64,000 bases of DNA from a virus, in IMG/VR virus record IMGVR_UViG_3300037110_000161, positions 9,271 through 73,270 of that record; one strand, 5' to 3'. Below are positions 9,025 to 18,616 of this stretch, one piece after another. The notes under the pieces are model-generated. The model had not been told where the DNA came from. It saw only the letters and a program-made list of their open reading frames with translations, and did not search any database. The position numbers were made by a program, and so were the translations under genes. The number at the start of each line of letters is the position of its first letter. Positions within the stretch are counted from its first letter, which is position 1.

Positions 9025-10461
9025 TTAGCCCTGGAGCACGACGCAGAGGCGGTCGTCCAGGACGGCCACACCGGCGAGAATGTCCAGGTTGACCACCGTG
9101 CCGCCGTTGGCGATGCTGTACTGCATCGAAACCCGCATGGCGATGTCGTTGTAGACACCGACGTGCGACAGCACGCCCATCGCGTTGTTGGGGATGGCCA
9201 GCGGACGGGTGACCAGGGCGATGGCGTTCCGATGGAAGGCCAAGTTCAGTGCGCCGGCCGGGCCGGGATAGCACTTGTCGCCGCTGGCGACAGCCTGCTC
9301 CAGCGGCCGATCCACGTAGATCGTCTGCTGGCCGGCGGCCGACAGGTAGGACTCGATCACGGTGTAGGTCACGCGGCCCGCACCGGTGCCGAAGGCGACC
9401 AACTGCCCGATTTGCGGGGCAGCGTTCCAGCCGGTCAAGACGATCCCTTCCACGTAGCCCGCGGCGTAGGCGGCACCTGCGACGCACGCCTTGTAGACCG
9501 TCAGCGGAGCGCTGGCAGCCGTGGCGTACTTGTTCACCTCGTTCAAGGTGATGGCCGTGGTGGCACCGGTCGCGGTGGTCGCGGCGGTGATGTACGTCGG
9601 CTGGTCATTTCCGGCCACGACGGCGAACTCGCCGATGTTCACGGCATAGTCGGCCAAGGTGACGGCCTGCGACCCGCCCGCGCCGGTGGCCAGGGCATTG
9701 GTGACGGTGCCCGTGGTGTCGGCATCAGCGTTGGCCAGCGAGGGGCTGTTGACGTTCTGGTCCATGTAGGTGTCGAAGCCCAGAATCCGTCCCAGGGTGG
9801 CGCTTTCCAACGCCGTACCGAAGTCGCCGCGCATCTGGGCGGCGATGAACAACTCGTTCTTCAACAGCGCGGTCTCGCTCACGGGAGCAAGCACCAGGTT
9901 GCGACCTTCCAGCGGGGCCTTGTTGATGTTCAACTGCTCGCGGGCTTCCAGCACGTAGTCCTTGCTGTTCTGGCAGGACAAGTTGAGCAACCGGCCGACG
10001 CGCCCGCTCGGGCCACCGTTGGCCAGGGCCGGGGTCAAAAAGGCATGGACGCGGCCCAGCACGGCGCGGTCCACCGAGCGGGCGATGGTCATCATGCCCG
10101 GCCGGAGGTAGATGTCCACCAGGTCTTGGAAGGACTTGCTGGCCTCGCCGTCCTTGATGGTGAAGCTGGTGTAGAACCACTGGTCCAGCGGCACCTTGAC
10201 GTTCGTGGCCGAGGCATCTTGGTTCTGCAAGGGATCGCCGTCCGCCTTGCGGCGAATCTGGAACGTGCCGGGCCGGCGGGTGTTCACCACGTCGCCGAAC
10301 TGCCGGATTTCGTTCTCGAAGTCGCGGTGGACCAGGTTGGCGATCACCATGTTCTCTTGGAGGATCGCCAAGCCTTCCGAGGCCCACAGCTCCGGGATGA
10401 AGGCGGTGTTGTCGTTGTCGTAAGAGACGACCACCGCGGGGGAGAGGTACAACGGATTCAT
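9025..10461 (-). CDS. major capsid protein (P22 coat-like HK97 fold) with large beta-rich insertion
   Basis: AFIPELWA, LVHRDFENEI..GDVVN, LGRILGFDTYMDQN, LAFHRNAIALVTRPL and DILAGVAVLD motifs of P22-coat-like proteins. Confidence 0.92.
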   Translation of the reverse strand: MNPLYLSPAVVVSYDNDNTAFIPELWASEGLAILQENMVIANLVHRDFENEIRQFGDVVNTRRPGTFQIRRKADGDPLQNQDASATNVKVPLDQWFYTSFTIKDGEASKSFQDLVDIYLRPGMMTIARSVDRAVLGRVHAFLTPALANGGPSGRVGRLLNLSCQNSKDYVLEAREQLNINKAPLEGRNLVLAPVSETALLKNELFIAAQMRGDFGTALESATLGRILGFDTYMDQNVNSPSLANADADTTGTVTNALATGAGGSQAVTLADYAVNIGEFAVVAGNDQPTYITAATTATGATTAITLNEVNKYATAASAPLTVYKACVAGAAYAAGYVEGIVLTGWNAAPQIGQLVAFGTGAGRVTYTVIESYLSAAGQQTIYVDRPLEQAVASGDKCYPGPAGALNLAFHRNAIALVTRPLAIPNNAMGVLSHVGVYNDIAMRVSMQYSIANGGTVVNLDILAGVAVLDDRLCVVLQG

Positions 10462-10494
10462 CGTTTTACTCCGTAGTTGTCAGTTCAAGAAACA

Positions 10495-10521
10495 CAAGAA
10501 GCCGCGACGTGCGGCTTCTTG
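10495..10521 (-). promoter_or_regulatory. hairpin between scaffold and capsid genes
   Basis: perfect 11-bp stem CAAGAAGCCGC / GCGGCTTCTTG, 5-nt loop, followed by TGTTTCTT. Confidence 0.5.
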
Positions 10522-10546
10522 ACGACGAACCCCTGATGAATGCGAA

Positions 10547-11434
10547 CTAGCGGCCGAGCTTGCCCTTGGGGGCACGCAATCCGAGCGCAGCAGGGTTCTT
10601 CGCTCGGAGTTCCATGTACTGCTCTTGAGTGAGCTTCCGCGGATCGAACTTGCCGCCAGTTCCCGACGCAAGGCCGCCGGTTGCCGCACTCGACCCGATG
10701 CCGCTGACGACGCCGGACTTAAAAAGGTTGCCGTAGATTTGCGGCAGGTCCTTCATCCGCTTCACAGCGCTGTCGGGCGTGTGGAGCGTGGCGGTCGGCT
10801 CTCCAGTATTGGGATCGGTGTCCGGGAAATCGACCACGACCTTGAACTTCCCCGTGCCTTTGCCCGTCTTCTCGTCCGTGATCTCAATCAGACGGGTCAT
10901 GGGACGCAACACGGACATGACCGTGTTGACGTTGAACGCCTCGCCGCCGACGGCCGCGTCCTGCAAAGCCCGCTCCACCGTTCCTTCGCGGTAACGCTGC
11001 TCCCATTCCTTGGCGGCCTTCTCCGCATTGGTGATCTTGCCAGTGAGCTGCTCTTCGAGTTGCTTCTTCTCGTGAGCCAACTGCTGTTCCTTCGTCCGCG
11101 TTTCCTTCCGCAGGTCTTCCAACTGTTGGGCGAACTGCTCGCGCTCTTGGATGGTCAGGTTCTTCGACGCCGACACCTCCTCCAACATCTTCTCGACCCG
11201 CTGCACTTGTGCCTGATGCTTGCGCCGGTCATCGGCCAGCATCCGGTTGACATCTTCCTGGGAGAAACGAGCATCGCCCGATCCGGTCCCGGCACCTGCT
11301 CCCGCGCCTGACGCAGCCGCGGCAACCGCGCCGGCATCGCCAGCACCCGCGCCGCTTCCGGCACCCGCGCTAGCACCCTCACCCTCGCCGTCGTAAGAAG
11401 CCAACACCGCACGCGACAGATAGAGAGGATTCAT
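10547..11434 (-). CDS. capsid scaffolding protein
   Basis: ATG 11434 (MNPLYLS); G/A linker, FSQEDVN motif, long coiled coil, NLFKS and C-terminal QYMELR; directly upstream of the capsid gene. Confidence 0.85.
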   Translation of the reverse strand: MNPLYLSRAVLASYDGEGEGASAGAGSGAGAGDAGAVAAAASGAGAGAGTGSGDARFSQEDVNRMLADDRRKHQAQVQRVEKMLEEVSASKNLTIQEREQFAQQLEDLRKETRTKEQQLAHEKKQLEEQLTGKITNAEKAAKEWEQRYREGTVERALQDAAVGGEAFNVNTVMSVLRPMTRLIEITDEKTGKGTGKFKVVVDFPDTDPNTGEPTATLHTPDSAVKRMKDLPQIYGNLFKSGVVSGIGSSAATGGLASGTGGKFDPRKLTQEQYMELRAKNPAALGLRAPKGKLGR

Positions 11435-11556
11435 CACTGTTCTCGCACCCACGCTTAAAGGTACAGACGCCGAGCGTCGTGGTCCGCAGGCATCTCAAAG
11501 CCACGGCCTTAGAATGGGCCGCCGTGTTGGCCCAGCAATGGAGCCCATCAGCCGGG

Positions 11557-12126
11557 CTACGAAACTCGCGACAACCTCACCGCCTGGTCGTCGCGCAGGA
11601 AAGGCCTCAAGAGCGACCATGCCAGCGGATTCGGCACGAGGTTGATAAGGTGTTCGATCGGCACCATGTTCCGCTCGTAGTGCGTGCGAACCTCGGCGTA
11701 GCCTTGGGCCGTGACGGAAAGGTTCTCCAACTCCATCTGCGGGTCTACGCCGTCCAGCAGACTGTAGGCCAATTCGTACTCGGCCCGGCGGATGGCCTCG
11801 GGCACAATCGTGTCCGCGCCGCGGGGGAACTCCAGCTCTTGGCTGGCATCCGCCGCACGCTCATCTTGCCGATATTGCTCCGCCTTCTCCCGATCGAATG
11901 TGCCATTGGTAGGATCACGCCAAGGTGGCAGCGTTTGTTGGCGAAAAAGCCAGACCGAATGCTTTTCCCCTTTGAAGGCCAAGTTGTCGATCAACCGCCG
12001 GGCCGCCAACAAAGCCTTTGGCCAATCCGCGTCGTCGGCGTCATTCCAGGCTTGCGAGTGCAGCCGGCCGGCAAAGTAGTCTTCCGCTTCACCAAGGTCG
12101 CCGTAATACGTTGCGTCAATCGCCAT
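11557..12126 (-). CDS. head-tail adaptor (DnaT-like family)
   Basis: Y..L.EA..YF..RL, ALL.A.R.ID, Q.LEFPR and P.AIRRA.YELA motifs. Confidence 0.75.
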   Translation of the reverse strand: MAIDATYYGDLGEAEDYFAGRLHSQAWNDADDADWPKALLAARRLIDNLAFKGEKHSVWLFRQQTLPPWRDPTNGTFDREKAEQYRQDERAADASQELEFPRGADTIVPEAIRRAEYELAYSLLDGVDPQMELENLSVTAQGYAEVRTHYERNMVPIEHLINLVPNPLAWSLLRPFLRDDQAVRLSRVS

Positions 12127-13285
12127 GTGATACCTGCTTCAGCCAGTCAAGCTGCGTTCGCTCTCGCTCCACGTACCAGCCGCCTTTCCAGAGGTCGGAA
12201 AGCATCTGGAAATACTCTTGGTAGCGCCAACGCACGCGATCCAGGCTGTAGTTGGCCACAGACCGCCGATGAACATCGCTCCGGTCCAAGCGTGGCGCGT
12301 GACGCGCCGCAAAAAGGAAGTGGTCCAGCGTTCGACAGCGAAACCCGGTCCTGCCGTGCTCCACGGTCTCGGGAAACGCGCCCCAATCAGTCGTGATGGC
12401 CGGCGTGCCCGTCATTTGGGACTCAATCGCTACCGCGCCGAAGGGCTCGATATACGTGGTGGGGACAAAAGTGGCGATCGCGCCGCCGTAAAGCTCCGCC
12501 CGCTTCGCACCGGTGGCGAAGCCGACGTACTCCAAGTTGTCGCCTTCGTAGACCTCGCCGTCCGCACAATGGATACGGTTGCCCTCGACCTTGACGCATC
12601 CCTGCCCGGCGATCTTCAGCTTGGCTCCCAGCCGCGTGCAGGTCTCGACGGCAATGTGGATGCCCTTCCGCTTGATGAGGCGGCCGAGGTAGAGATAGTA
12701 GCCGCCCCGGCCGCCGTCCGGCTGGAAGGGGTAGTCGGCCGGGTTCAAATAGTTGGGGATCACCACGTCGTAGAATTTGCCCTCCGGGTCGTAGCCGCCC
12801 TCCGCCCCCCAAATCTTGTGCATGTGGCTGTAAGACTCGAACACGCGGTACTTGGCGAAGGTGCCGTTGTAGCCGATGCCGTACTCTACCACCATCACGT
12901 CCGTACCCACGGCGTTGGCCAGAGGGATGTTAATGGTGCCCATGATAAGGCACACGAAGTCGCCCGGCCGCTTGCGCTTGTTGATCTCGGCCGCAGCCCG
13001 CTCATTGGTCAACTGCCAGTAGGGTGCCCGGCCGCTCCAATCAACCTCGTAGAGGGCATCGGGATTATACCTGCCAAAGAACCCCTCCTGCTCGGCCTTG
13101 GAGAGGATAGTCACGTCTTCGACGCAGCAATCGGCGACTTCGCTCCCCTCCACGCCGTAGTGGAAGACCTCGTGGCCGAGGGATGCCATCATCTGGCAGA
13201 AGTGCAAGACCTTCATCGTGAAGGCGCAGGCCGAATGACTCATGTTCGTCTGCGTATGCGGCAAGGCAACCACGTGGAATCGCAT
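12116..13285 (-). CDS. GT-B glycosyltransferase (GT4-like)
   Basis: YLGRLIKRKG, EPFGAVAIESQMTGTP (Ex7E) and ETVEHGRTGF motifs. Confidence 0.9.
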   Translation of the reverse strand: MRFHVVALPHTQTNMSHSACAFTMKVLHFCQMMASLGHEVFHYGVEGSEVADCCVEDVTILSKAEQEGFFGRYNPDALYEVDWSGRAPYWQLTNERAAAEINKRKRPGDFVCLIMGTINIPLANAVGTDVMVVEYGIGYNGTFAKYRVFESYSHMHKIWGAEGGYDPEGKFYDVVIPNYLNPADYPFQPDGGRGGYYLYLGRLIKRKGIHIAVETCTRLGAKLKIAGQGCVKVEGNRIHCADGEVYEGDNLEYVGFATGAKRAELYGGAIATFVPTTYIEPFGAVAIESQMTGTPAITTDWGAFPETVEHGRTGFRCRTLDHFLFAARHAPRLDRSDVHRRSVANYSLDRVRWRYQEYFQMLSDLWKGGWYVERERTQLDWLKQVSHGD

Positions 13286-13394
13286 GGCTTTCCCTCTAGG
13301 TTCCGAATTTCAGGTACAGGGTCTTCAGCGCCCAAATCGCGTCCTGCCACACCGTCGTGCCATTCACCCGGCGGTGCGGTCAGCTTGCTCTGGA

Positions 13395-15578
13395 CTAGCC
13401 CTTGACCTTCACGTAGGAAAAGTGCGCCACCCAATTGACCGTGTACGTGGAAACCCCGCCGACCGAAAGTTGCAGGACCGAACTGTTGTTGACCAATCCC
13501 AAAACGTTGTAGTTGACGCCGTTGTAAGAGGTGTAAACCCAAACGGGTACCGCGAGCGTAACCACGCCGTTCAGGATATGAGCGTTTGCGCAACCGTAGC
13601 CGTGATAGTAGCCGATGTTCGACGTGCCGATGATTCGGCCAACCAGATGGATGAAGATAGAAATCGTACTCGTAGTCTCGGCCGTAATGGGCAGTCCTGG
13701 TGCCAAATAGACGGTCGCCGCATTCACGGATTGACCCTGGCAGACAATCTCTCCATGCACAGCGTCACCGGCAGTTGCAATCTGTCCGGTACATGCGACA
13801 GTCTGGCCATTCATGGTCGTTGTTGCGCCAGGACCAACTGCCACCCGCTGGGGATACAAGGTGGTGCCGTCAAACGTCAGGTTCGCGCTGTCGGTCACCG
13901 TGCTCGCCGATGCGGCATAGATGACTTGGCCTGCCGTCAGACCCGACAAGCCGGGTCCAGCCGGTCCCGTGGCTCCCGTCGCACCAACGCCGCCCGTGCC
14001 CCCAGTCGGCCCTGTGGCCCCCGTCGCGCCGACACCACCTGTTCCACCAGTAGGCCCCGTGGCTCCCGTCGCGCCGACGCCACCCGTACCACCGGTCGGT
14101 CCCGATGGTCCAGTCGCGCCGACACCGCCGGTGTTGCCTTGCGGGCCACTCGGTCCAGTCGGTCCCGTGGCCCCCGGCTGTCCGGCTAGTCCGATGTTCC
14201 AATTTGCGTAGGTTCCTGAGCCACCTGTGAGATCGGCAGTGAGGGTGAGTGTCCCGGCAGAATAGGTAGTCACCACTCCTTCCAACCAATTGGACGGAGT
14301 GGTCACATAAGAAACCCGCACTCGGTCCCCTGGCAGGTATGCCAGGCCAGATTGCGTTGCAAAACCAATGCTTCCAGTTCCAATCGTGTGGGAAGTTGTG
14401 GAGGTGGCGGTATAGCCAGCTCCCGTCGCTCCCGTTGGTCCGGTAGCACCTGTCGCACCAACGGCCCCGCTGCTGCCAGCAGTACCCTGCGGCCCACTTG
14501 GGCCGCTCGGTCCAGTCGCGCCCGTGGTTCCAACGCCGCTCGGCCCGGTCGGTCCCGTAGCACCTGTCGCGCCTACGGCACCGTTGCTGCCGGCCGTTCC
14601 TTGCGGCCCGCTGGGGCCGCTCGGTCCAGTCGCGCCCGTAGTTCCAATGCCGGTCGGCCCGGTCGGTCCCGTAGCGCCTGTCGCGCCTGTCGCGCCTACG
14701 GCCCCGTCATTTCCAGCAGCGCCTTGCGGCCCGCTGGGGCCACTCGGCCCAGTCGCGCCCGTGGTTCCAATGCCAGTCGCTCCGGTCGGGCCTGTAGCGC
14801 CTGTCGCGCCCACGGCCCCGTTGCCCCCAGCAGTACCTTGCGGCCCGCTGGGGCCACTCGGCCCCGTCGCGCCCGTGGTTCCAATGCCAGTTGGCCCGGT
14901 CGGTCCCGTAGCGCCTGTCGCGCCAACAGCCCCGTCATTTCCAGCAGCGCCCTGCGGCCCGCTGGGGCCACTCGGCCCAGTCGCGCCCGTGGTTCCAACG
15001 CCAGTCGGCCCGGTCGGTCCCGTAGCGCCTGTCGCGCCAACAGCACCATCACTTCCAGCAGCGCCTTGCGGCCCGCCCGGGCCACTCGCCCCAGTCGCGC
15101 CCGTGGTTCCAATGCCAGTCGGCCCGGTCGGTCCCGTAGCGCCCGTCGCGCCAGCGGCCCCATCGTTACCGGCAGTTCCTTGCGGCCCGCTGGGGCCACT
15201 CGGCCCCGTTGCGCCCGTGGTTCCAATGCCAGTCGGCCCGGTCGGTCCCGTAGCACCCGTCGCGCCAACAGCACCGTCATTTCCCGCAGCGCCCTGCGGC
15301 CCGCTGGGGCCACTCGGCCCCGTTGCGCCCGTGGTTCCAATGCCAGTCGGCCCGGTCGGTCCCGTAGCACCCGTCGCGCCAACAGCACCAGCGCTTCCCG
15401 CTGGCCCTGTCGCCCCCGTTGGGCCTGTTGCGCCGACCGGTCCCGTCGCGCCTGTCGCGCCCGTTGGTCCTGTCGCGCCATTGCCCCCGCTTCCGCCAGC
15501 ACCCGGCCCGCTGGGGCCTGTCGGACCTGTAGGCCCAGTAGGGCCTTGCAATCCTGGATTCTCGTAATCGAATTGCAT
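13395..15578 (-). CDS. collagen-like fibre protein
   Basis: long G-X-Y tracts (GAT/GPT/GPS), an internal beta domain, a second collagen segment and a C-terminal globular domain; ATG 15578 after GAGGT. Confidence 0.88.
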   Translation of the reverse strand: MQFDYENPGLQGPTGPTGPTGPSGPGAGGSGGNGATGPTGATGATGPVGATGPTGATGPAGSAGAVGATGATGPTGPTGIGTTGATGPSGPSGPQGAAGNDGAVGATGATGPTGPTGIGTTGATGPSGPSGPQGTAGNDGAAGATGATGPTGPTGIGTTGATGASGPGGPQGAAGSDGAVGATGATGPTGPTGVGTTGATGPSGPSGPQGAAGNDGAVGATGATGPTGPTGIGTTGATGPSGPSGPQGTAGGNGAVGATGATGPTGATGIGTTGATGPSGPSGPQGAAGNDGAVGATGATGATGPTGPTGIGTTGATGPSGPSGPQGTAGSNGAVGATGATGPTGPSGVGTTGATGPSGPSGPQGTAGSSGAVGATGATGPTGATGAGYTATSTTSHTIGTGSIGFATQSGLAYLPGDRVRVSYVTTPSNWLEGVVTTYSAGTLTLTADLTGGSGTYANWNIGLAGQPGATGPTGPSGPQGNTGGVGATGPSGPTGGTGGVGATGATGPTGGTGGVGATGATGPTGGTGGVGATGATGPAGPGLSGLTAGQVIYAASASTVTDSANLTFDGTTLYPQRVAVGPGATTTMNGQTVACTGQIATAGDAVHGEIVCQGQSVNAATVYLAPGLPITAETTSTISIFIHLVGRIIGTSNIGYYHGYGCANAHILNGVVTLAVPVWVYTSYNGVNYNVLGLVNNSSVLQLSVGGVSTYTVNWVAHFSYVKVKG
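14450..15400. repeat. eight ~114-bp coding tandem repeats (38 aa)
   Basis: GIGTT/GVGTT recurs 8 times; anchor words at 15331, 15217, 15103, 14989, 14875 and 14761 are spaced 114 bp; one unit has an extra GAT triplet. Confidence 0.9.
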
Positions 15579-15588
15579 CACAGCGACC

Positions 15589-16383
15589 TCACGGTGCAAA
15601 AGCGTACCAACTCAAGCTCCCGCTCGCATCGGACTTCAAGCACCAAAACTGATTGACACCAACGGGTGCGGGAGGCAAGCCCACGCTCGGACCTGTTGCA
15701 CCCGTAGCGCCCTTCTCGCCGACAGGCCCACGGGGGCCTGTTGCCCCGGTCGCACCTGTGGGCCCGGGATCGCCCTGGTCGCCCGCTGCTCCTTGTAGCC
15801 CTTGTGGACCGGACGGACCGCAGGGACCGGTCGAGCCAGCCGGGCCGGTGGCACCGGTCGGGCCACCGACCGGACCGGTCGCACCTGTTGCGCCTGTAGG
15901 ACCAGACGGGCCAGTCGCACCCGTTGGGCCGCCGGATGGCCCACTAGGGCCCGTTGCACCCGTGGGGCCTGTGGCACCGACCGCCCCATCACTTCCCACT
16001 GGACCTGTCGCGCCCGTTGGTCCTGTTGCGCCGACCGCCCCATCGCTTCCAGCGGGTCCTGTCGCACCAACGGCCCCAGCGTCTCCTGTGGGGCCTGTTG
16101 CTCCGGCAGGACCAGTCGCACCGACAGGACCGGTGGCACCTGTTGCCCCAACTCCGTCATTGCCCGGTGCGCCACTTGGCCCAGCGGGTCCGGTGGCACC
16201 CACAGGTCCCGTGGCACCCACAGGGCCAGTGGCCCCCTGCGCGCCGGTGGGACCCGTCGCGCCGAGGCGACCCTGCGGCCCTGTTGCGCCGACTGGGCCG
16301 GTTGGACCCGTGGGGCCGCCCGATGGACCACTCGGCCCTTGGGGGCCCGTTGCACCGGTCGGATCAGCATAGATGAATGCCAC
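15589..16383 (-). CDS. short collagen-like fibre protein
   Basis: almost entirely G-X-Y, with short terminal [11 protein letters not shown] motif. Confidence 0.85.
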   Translation of the reverse strand: MAFIYADPTGATGPQGPSGPSGGPTGPTGPVGATGPQGRLGATGPTGAQGATGPVGATGPVGATGPAGPSGAPGNDGVGATGATGPVGATGPAGATGPTGDAGAVGATGPAGSDGAVGATGPTGATGPVGSDGAVGATGPTGATGPSGPSGGPTGATGPSGPTGATGATGPVGGPTGATGPAGSTGPCGPSGPQGLQGAAGDQGDPGPTGATGATGPRGPVGEKGATGATGPSVGLPPAPVGVNQFWCLKSDASGSLSWYAFAP

Positions 16384-16385
16384 GG

Positions 16386-16709
16386 CTAGACTCCCATCCA
16401 GGCCAAGTCTTGATTGGAGCTTTGTGAAATCACATAAATCTGCGAGGGGTCCTCAATGGGCAGGTCGATGCTGCTGCCTGGCAGAAGCGGCACACCACCT
16501 GTTCCCACCGCCGCATCTGCCGTGACCGCCTTGCGGCCGACAAAAATCACGTCCGTGTTCGGATTCAGGTCATTAGGACCCGGAGCCCGCAGCAAAATGC
16601 CCCGGACCAATTTCATCGACAACGGTGTCAAGGGCACTGCCACCGGACCAACCACCGTATGCCCATGTTGCAACGCGGACGATGGCGAGGTTTCTTTGAC
16701 TTCCCACAT
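16386..16709 (-). CDS. small virion protein (head decoration/fibre base?)
   Basis: ATG 16709 (MWEVKET) just after the portal stop; beta-rich, N..VIFVG and G.PL.PG motifs. Confidence 0.55.
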   Translation of the reverse strand: MWEVKETSPSSALQHGHTVVGPVAVPLTPLSMKLVRGILLRAPGPNDLNPNTDVIFVGRKAVTADAAVGTGGVPLLPGSSIDLPIEDPSQIYVISQSSNQDLAWMGV

Positions 16710-16711
16710 GG

Positions 16712-18604
16712 CTATTCCTCTTGATTGTGCTTGCCCTGGCCGCGCACGGGCGTCTTGGTCGTGTCGTTGAGAGTGGTGTCGCGGCTGGCGGCCTTCTCCA
16801 CCTTGCCCGCGCCGGGGTTTGCCGAGAGATCGTGGACGCCACGCGCGCCGGCGTCGCTGTTCATCTGCCCGACCTCGTTCAAGGCCGTGGATTCGGAGCC
16901 AGCCAGTTTCTCGGTAGCCGGATCGCGGCTGGTGGCCCCGGTGGTCTCGGTGCCCAATTGGCCGCCTCTTTGCTGGGCCTGCAAAATCCGAATCGCCCTG
17001 GCCGCATGGTCCGCGCGGGCCTGGATGTGCTCGTCGTCGTTGAAGCCCAGGGCCATTGAGCCGGTCTTCTCGCCGCACAGACCGGCCTCGACCGCCGCAA
17101 TGATGGTCGTGGGGTCGCTGGTGGCGTAGGGGGCCTTGTCGATCTCATCGAAGATGGCTTGCATGTCGCTGACGCTGATCTTGCCTCCCAAAAGCGCCAA
17201 GACGATGTTCTTTGCCAGCTCGCGTTTAACCTTCTGCCCGGGCACGGCGTACATCAACTTGACCAGGCTTTGGGCTTCCGCAATCCGATCGGAATCCGTC
17301 TTCAGGCTGTAGCGGTCGGGATATTTGATTGTGGCGACGTTCCGCTGCGAAACGTTTCGCTCTTCGTAGGCCGCCCAGAACTCGGCAATCTGCCGCTCGG
17401 CCGCCTCCAGGACCAAACCGATGTAGGACAGACCGGCTTCAAGCCCTTGGTTGTCCATCGACTTCGATTCCGCCGTGGCCCGGTTCGCCGTGTCTGCGAC
17501 GGCCAGATGGATCAGCTTGCGGATGCCGTCCTCCAGCTTGGCTTGCAGGTCCATCGACGCCTTTAACGGTTCGCTCGACGGGTTGATGAACGAGGGAGCG
17601 TTCATCCCCTTGTCGTAGGTCCGGCCCTGAGTCACTCCGACCCGGATGTCATTGTCGGCACCAGGCTGTCCGCCCGTCGTCGCCGTCCCGTCTTCGCCCA
17701 CGGAACTCTTTAAGTGGCCGCCCGTGGCCCGCTGGTCCTTTTGCTCGATATAGAAGGGGAAGTTGGCCTTGAGGGCGTAATTCACGTCGCCCGAGCCCAG
17801 GTTCAAAAGCGCGATCTGGTGCTCCACCACGTCCTTAATCATCGAGTCGCCGATGTCCAGCAACACGAAAGGGATGCGCGTCAACTCCAACTCCACGGCC
17901 CCGGCCGGGTTCCCCTCACGGTCGATGGGATTTCCGGCGGTGTCCAGAAATTGCAGGTTGACCAGACCCGTGTCGCGGTCGATCCACAACATGCGGAACC
18001 GCTCGACGGTCGTAGTTGGCAGGTAGGTCCGCTGGTCGAAGTTGAGAACTACGTCGCGGAGCAGAATCGCCTGGAACGTGGACGGCTCGTCCGGCTTGGA
18101 GCAAGTCCAGCTCAGGATGTCTTCAATGGGGTAGAAGTACAGGTACGGCCGATAATTCTTCACGTCCGCCAAGGTGGCGTTGCCCGGGACCAGTGGGGAA
18201 TCGACGTACACGCCCACGCGGCCCATAATGAGCAACTCGGTCAGTACCTTGATGCCCAAGAAGCCGTTCATGGTGTTGCCGCGGAGATCGACGCCCAGGT
18301 CCAAGCCGTTGACCGCCCGCTGATACGCACTGCTGCCGTCGCGCCGGCTCGTGTCCTTGAGCCGCTGGAAGATGGCATTGCGGACATCGTTGATAGCCAC
18401 CCGAGCAAACGATGGGATCGGCGTCATATCCAGCCGCGCCTGGAACTCCGGTTCATCCTCCCGCGACGAGAACTTTTTGAGGTACAGCTTGCGGAAGTAT
18501 TCGCCGCCGTTGTAGCAAATCCGCCATTTGCGCCAGTCCAGCAGGCTGCTGAGGTAACTCGGGTGCCTGACTTCGACGATGTTGGTGATGAACTCAACAA
18601 CCAA
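16712..18604 (-). CDS. portal protein
   Basis: 630 aa right after terL; RHP.Y, GRVGVYVD and LTRIPFV motifs; AAGGAG RBS before TTG. Confidence 0.85.
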   Translation of the reverse strand: MVVEFITNIVEVRHPSYLSSLLDWRKWRICYNGGEYFRKLYLKKFSSREDEPEFQARLDMTPIPSFARVAINDVRNAIFQRLKDTSRRDGSSAYQRAVNGLDLGVDLRGNTMNGFLGIKVLTELLIMGRVGVYVDSPLVPGNATLADVKNYRPYLYFYPIEDILSWTCSKPDEPSTFQAILLRDVVLNFDQRTYLPTTTVERFRMLWIDRDTGLVNLQFLDTAGNPIDREGNPAGAVELELTRIPFVLLDIGDSMIKDVVEHQIALLNLGSGDVNYALKANFPFYIEQKDQRATGGHLKSSVGEDGTATTGGQPGADNDIRVGVTQGRTYDKGMNAPSFINPSSEPLKASMDLQAKLEDGIRKLIHLAVADTANRATAESKSMDNQGLEAGLSYIGLVLEAAERQIAEFWAAYEERNVSQRNVATIKYPDRYSLKTDSDRIAEAQSLVKLMYAVPGQKVKRELAKNIVLALLGGKISVSDMQAIFDEIDKAPYATSDPTTIIAAVEAGLCGEKTGSMALGFNDDEHIQARADHAARAIRILQAQQRGGQLGTETTGATSRDPATEKLAGSESTALNEVGQMNSDAGARGVHDLSANPGAGKVEKAASRDTTLNDTTKTPVRGQGKHNQEE

Positions 18605-18616
18605 GATGGCACTCCT

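Noticed and set aside
37-12396. Many long + strand ORFs (e.g. 37-756, 3911-5458, 9163-10476)
   Set aside because: Antisense shadows of GC-rich structural genes, with no motifs or RBS.
13921-16389. Long Pro/Arg-rich ORFs on the + strand and in alternative frames
   Set aside because: Shadows of the collagen G-X-Y repeats.
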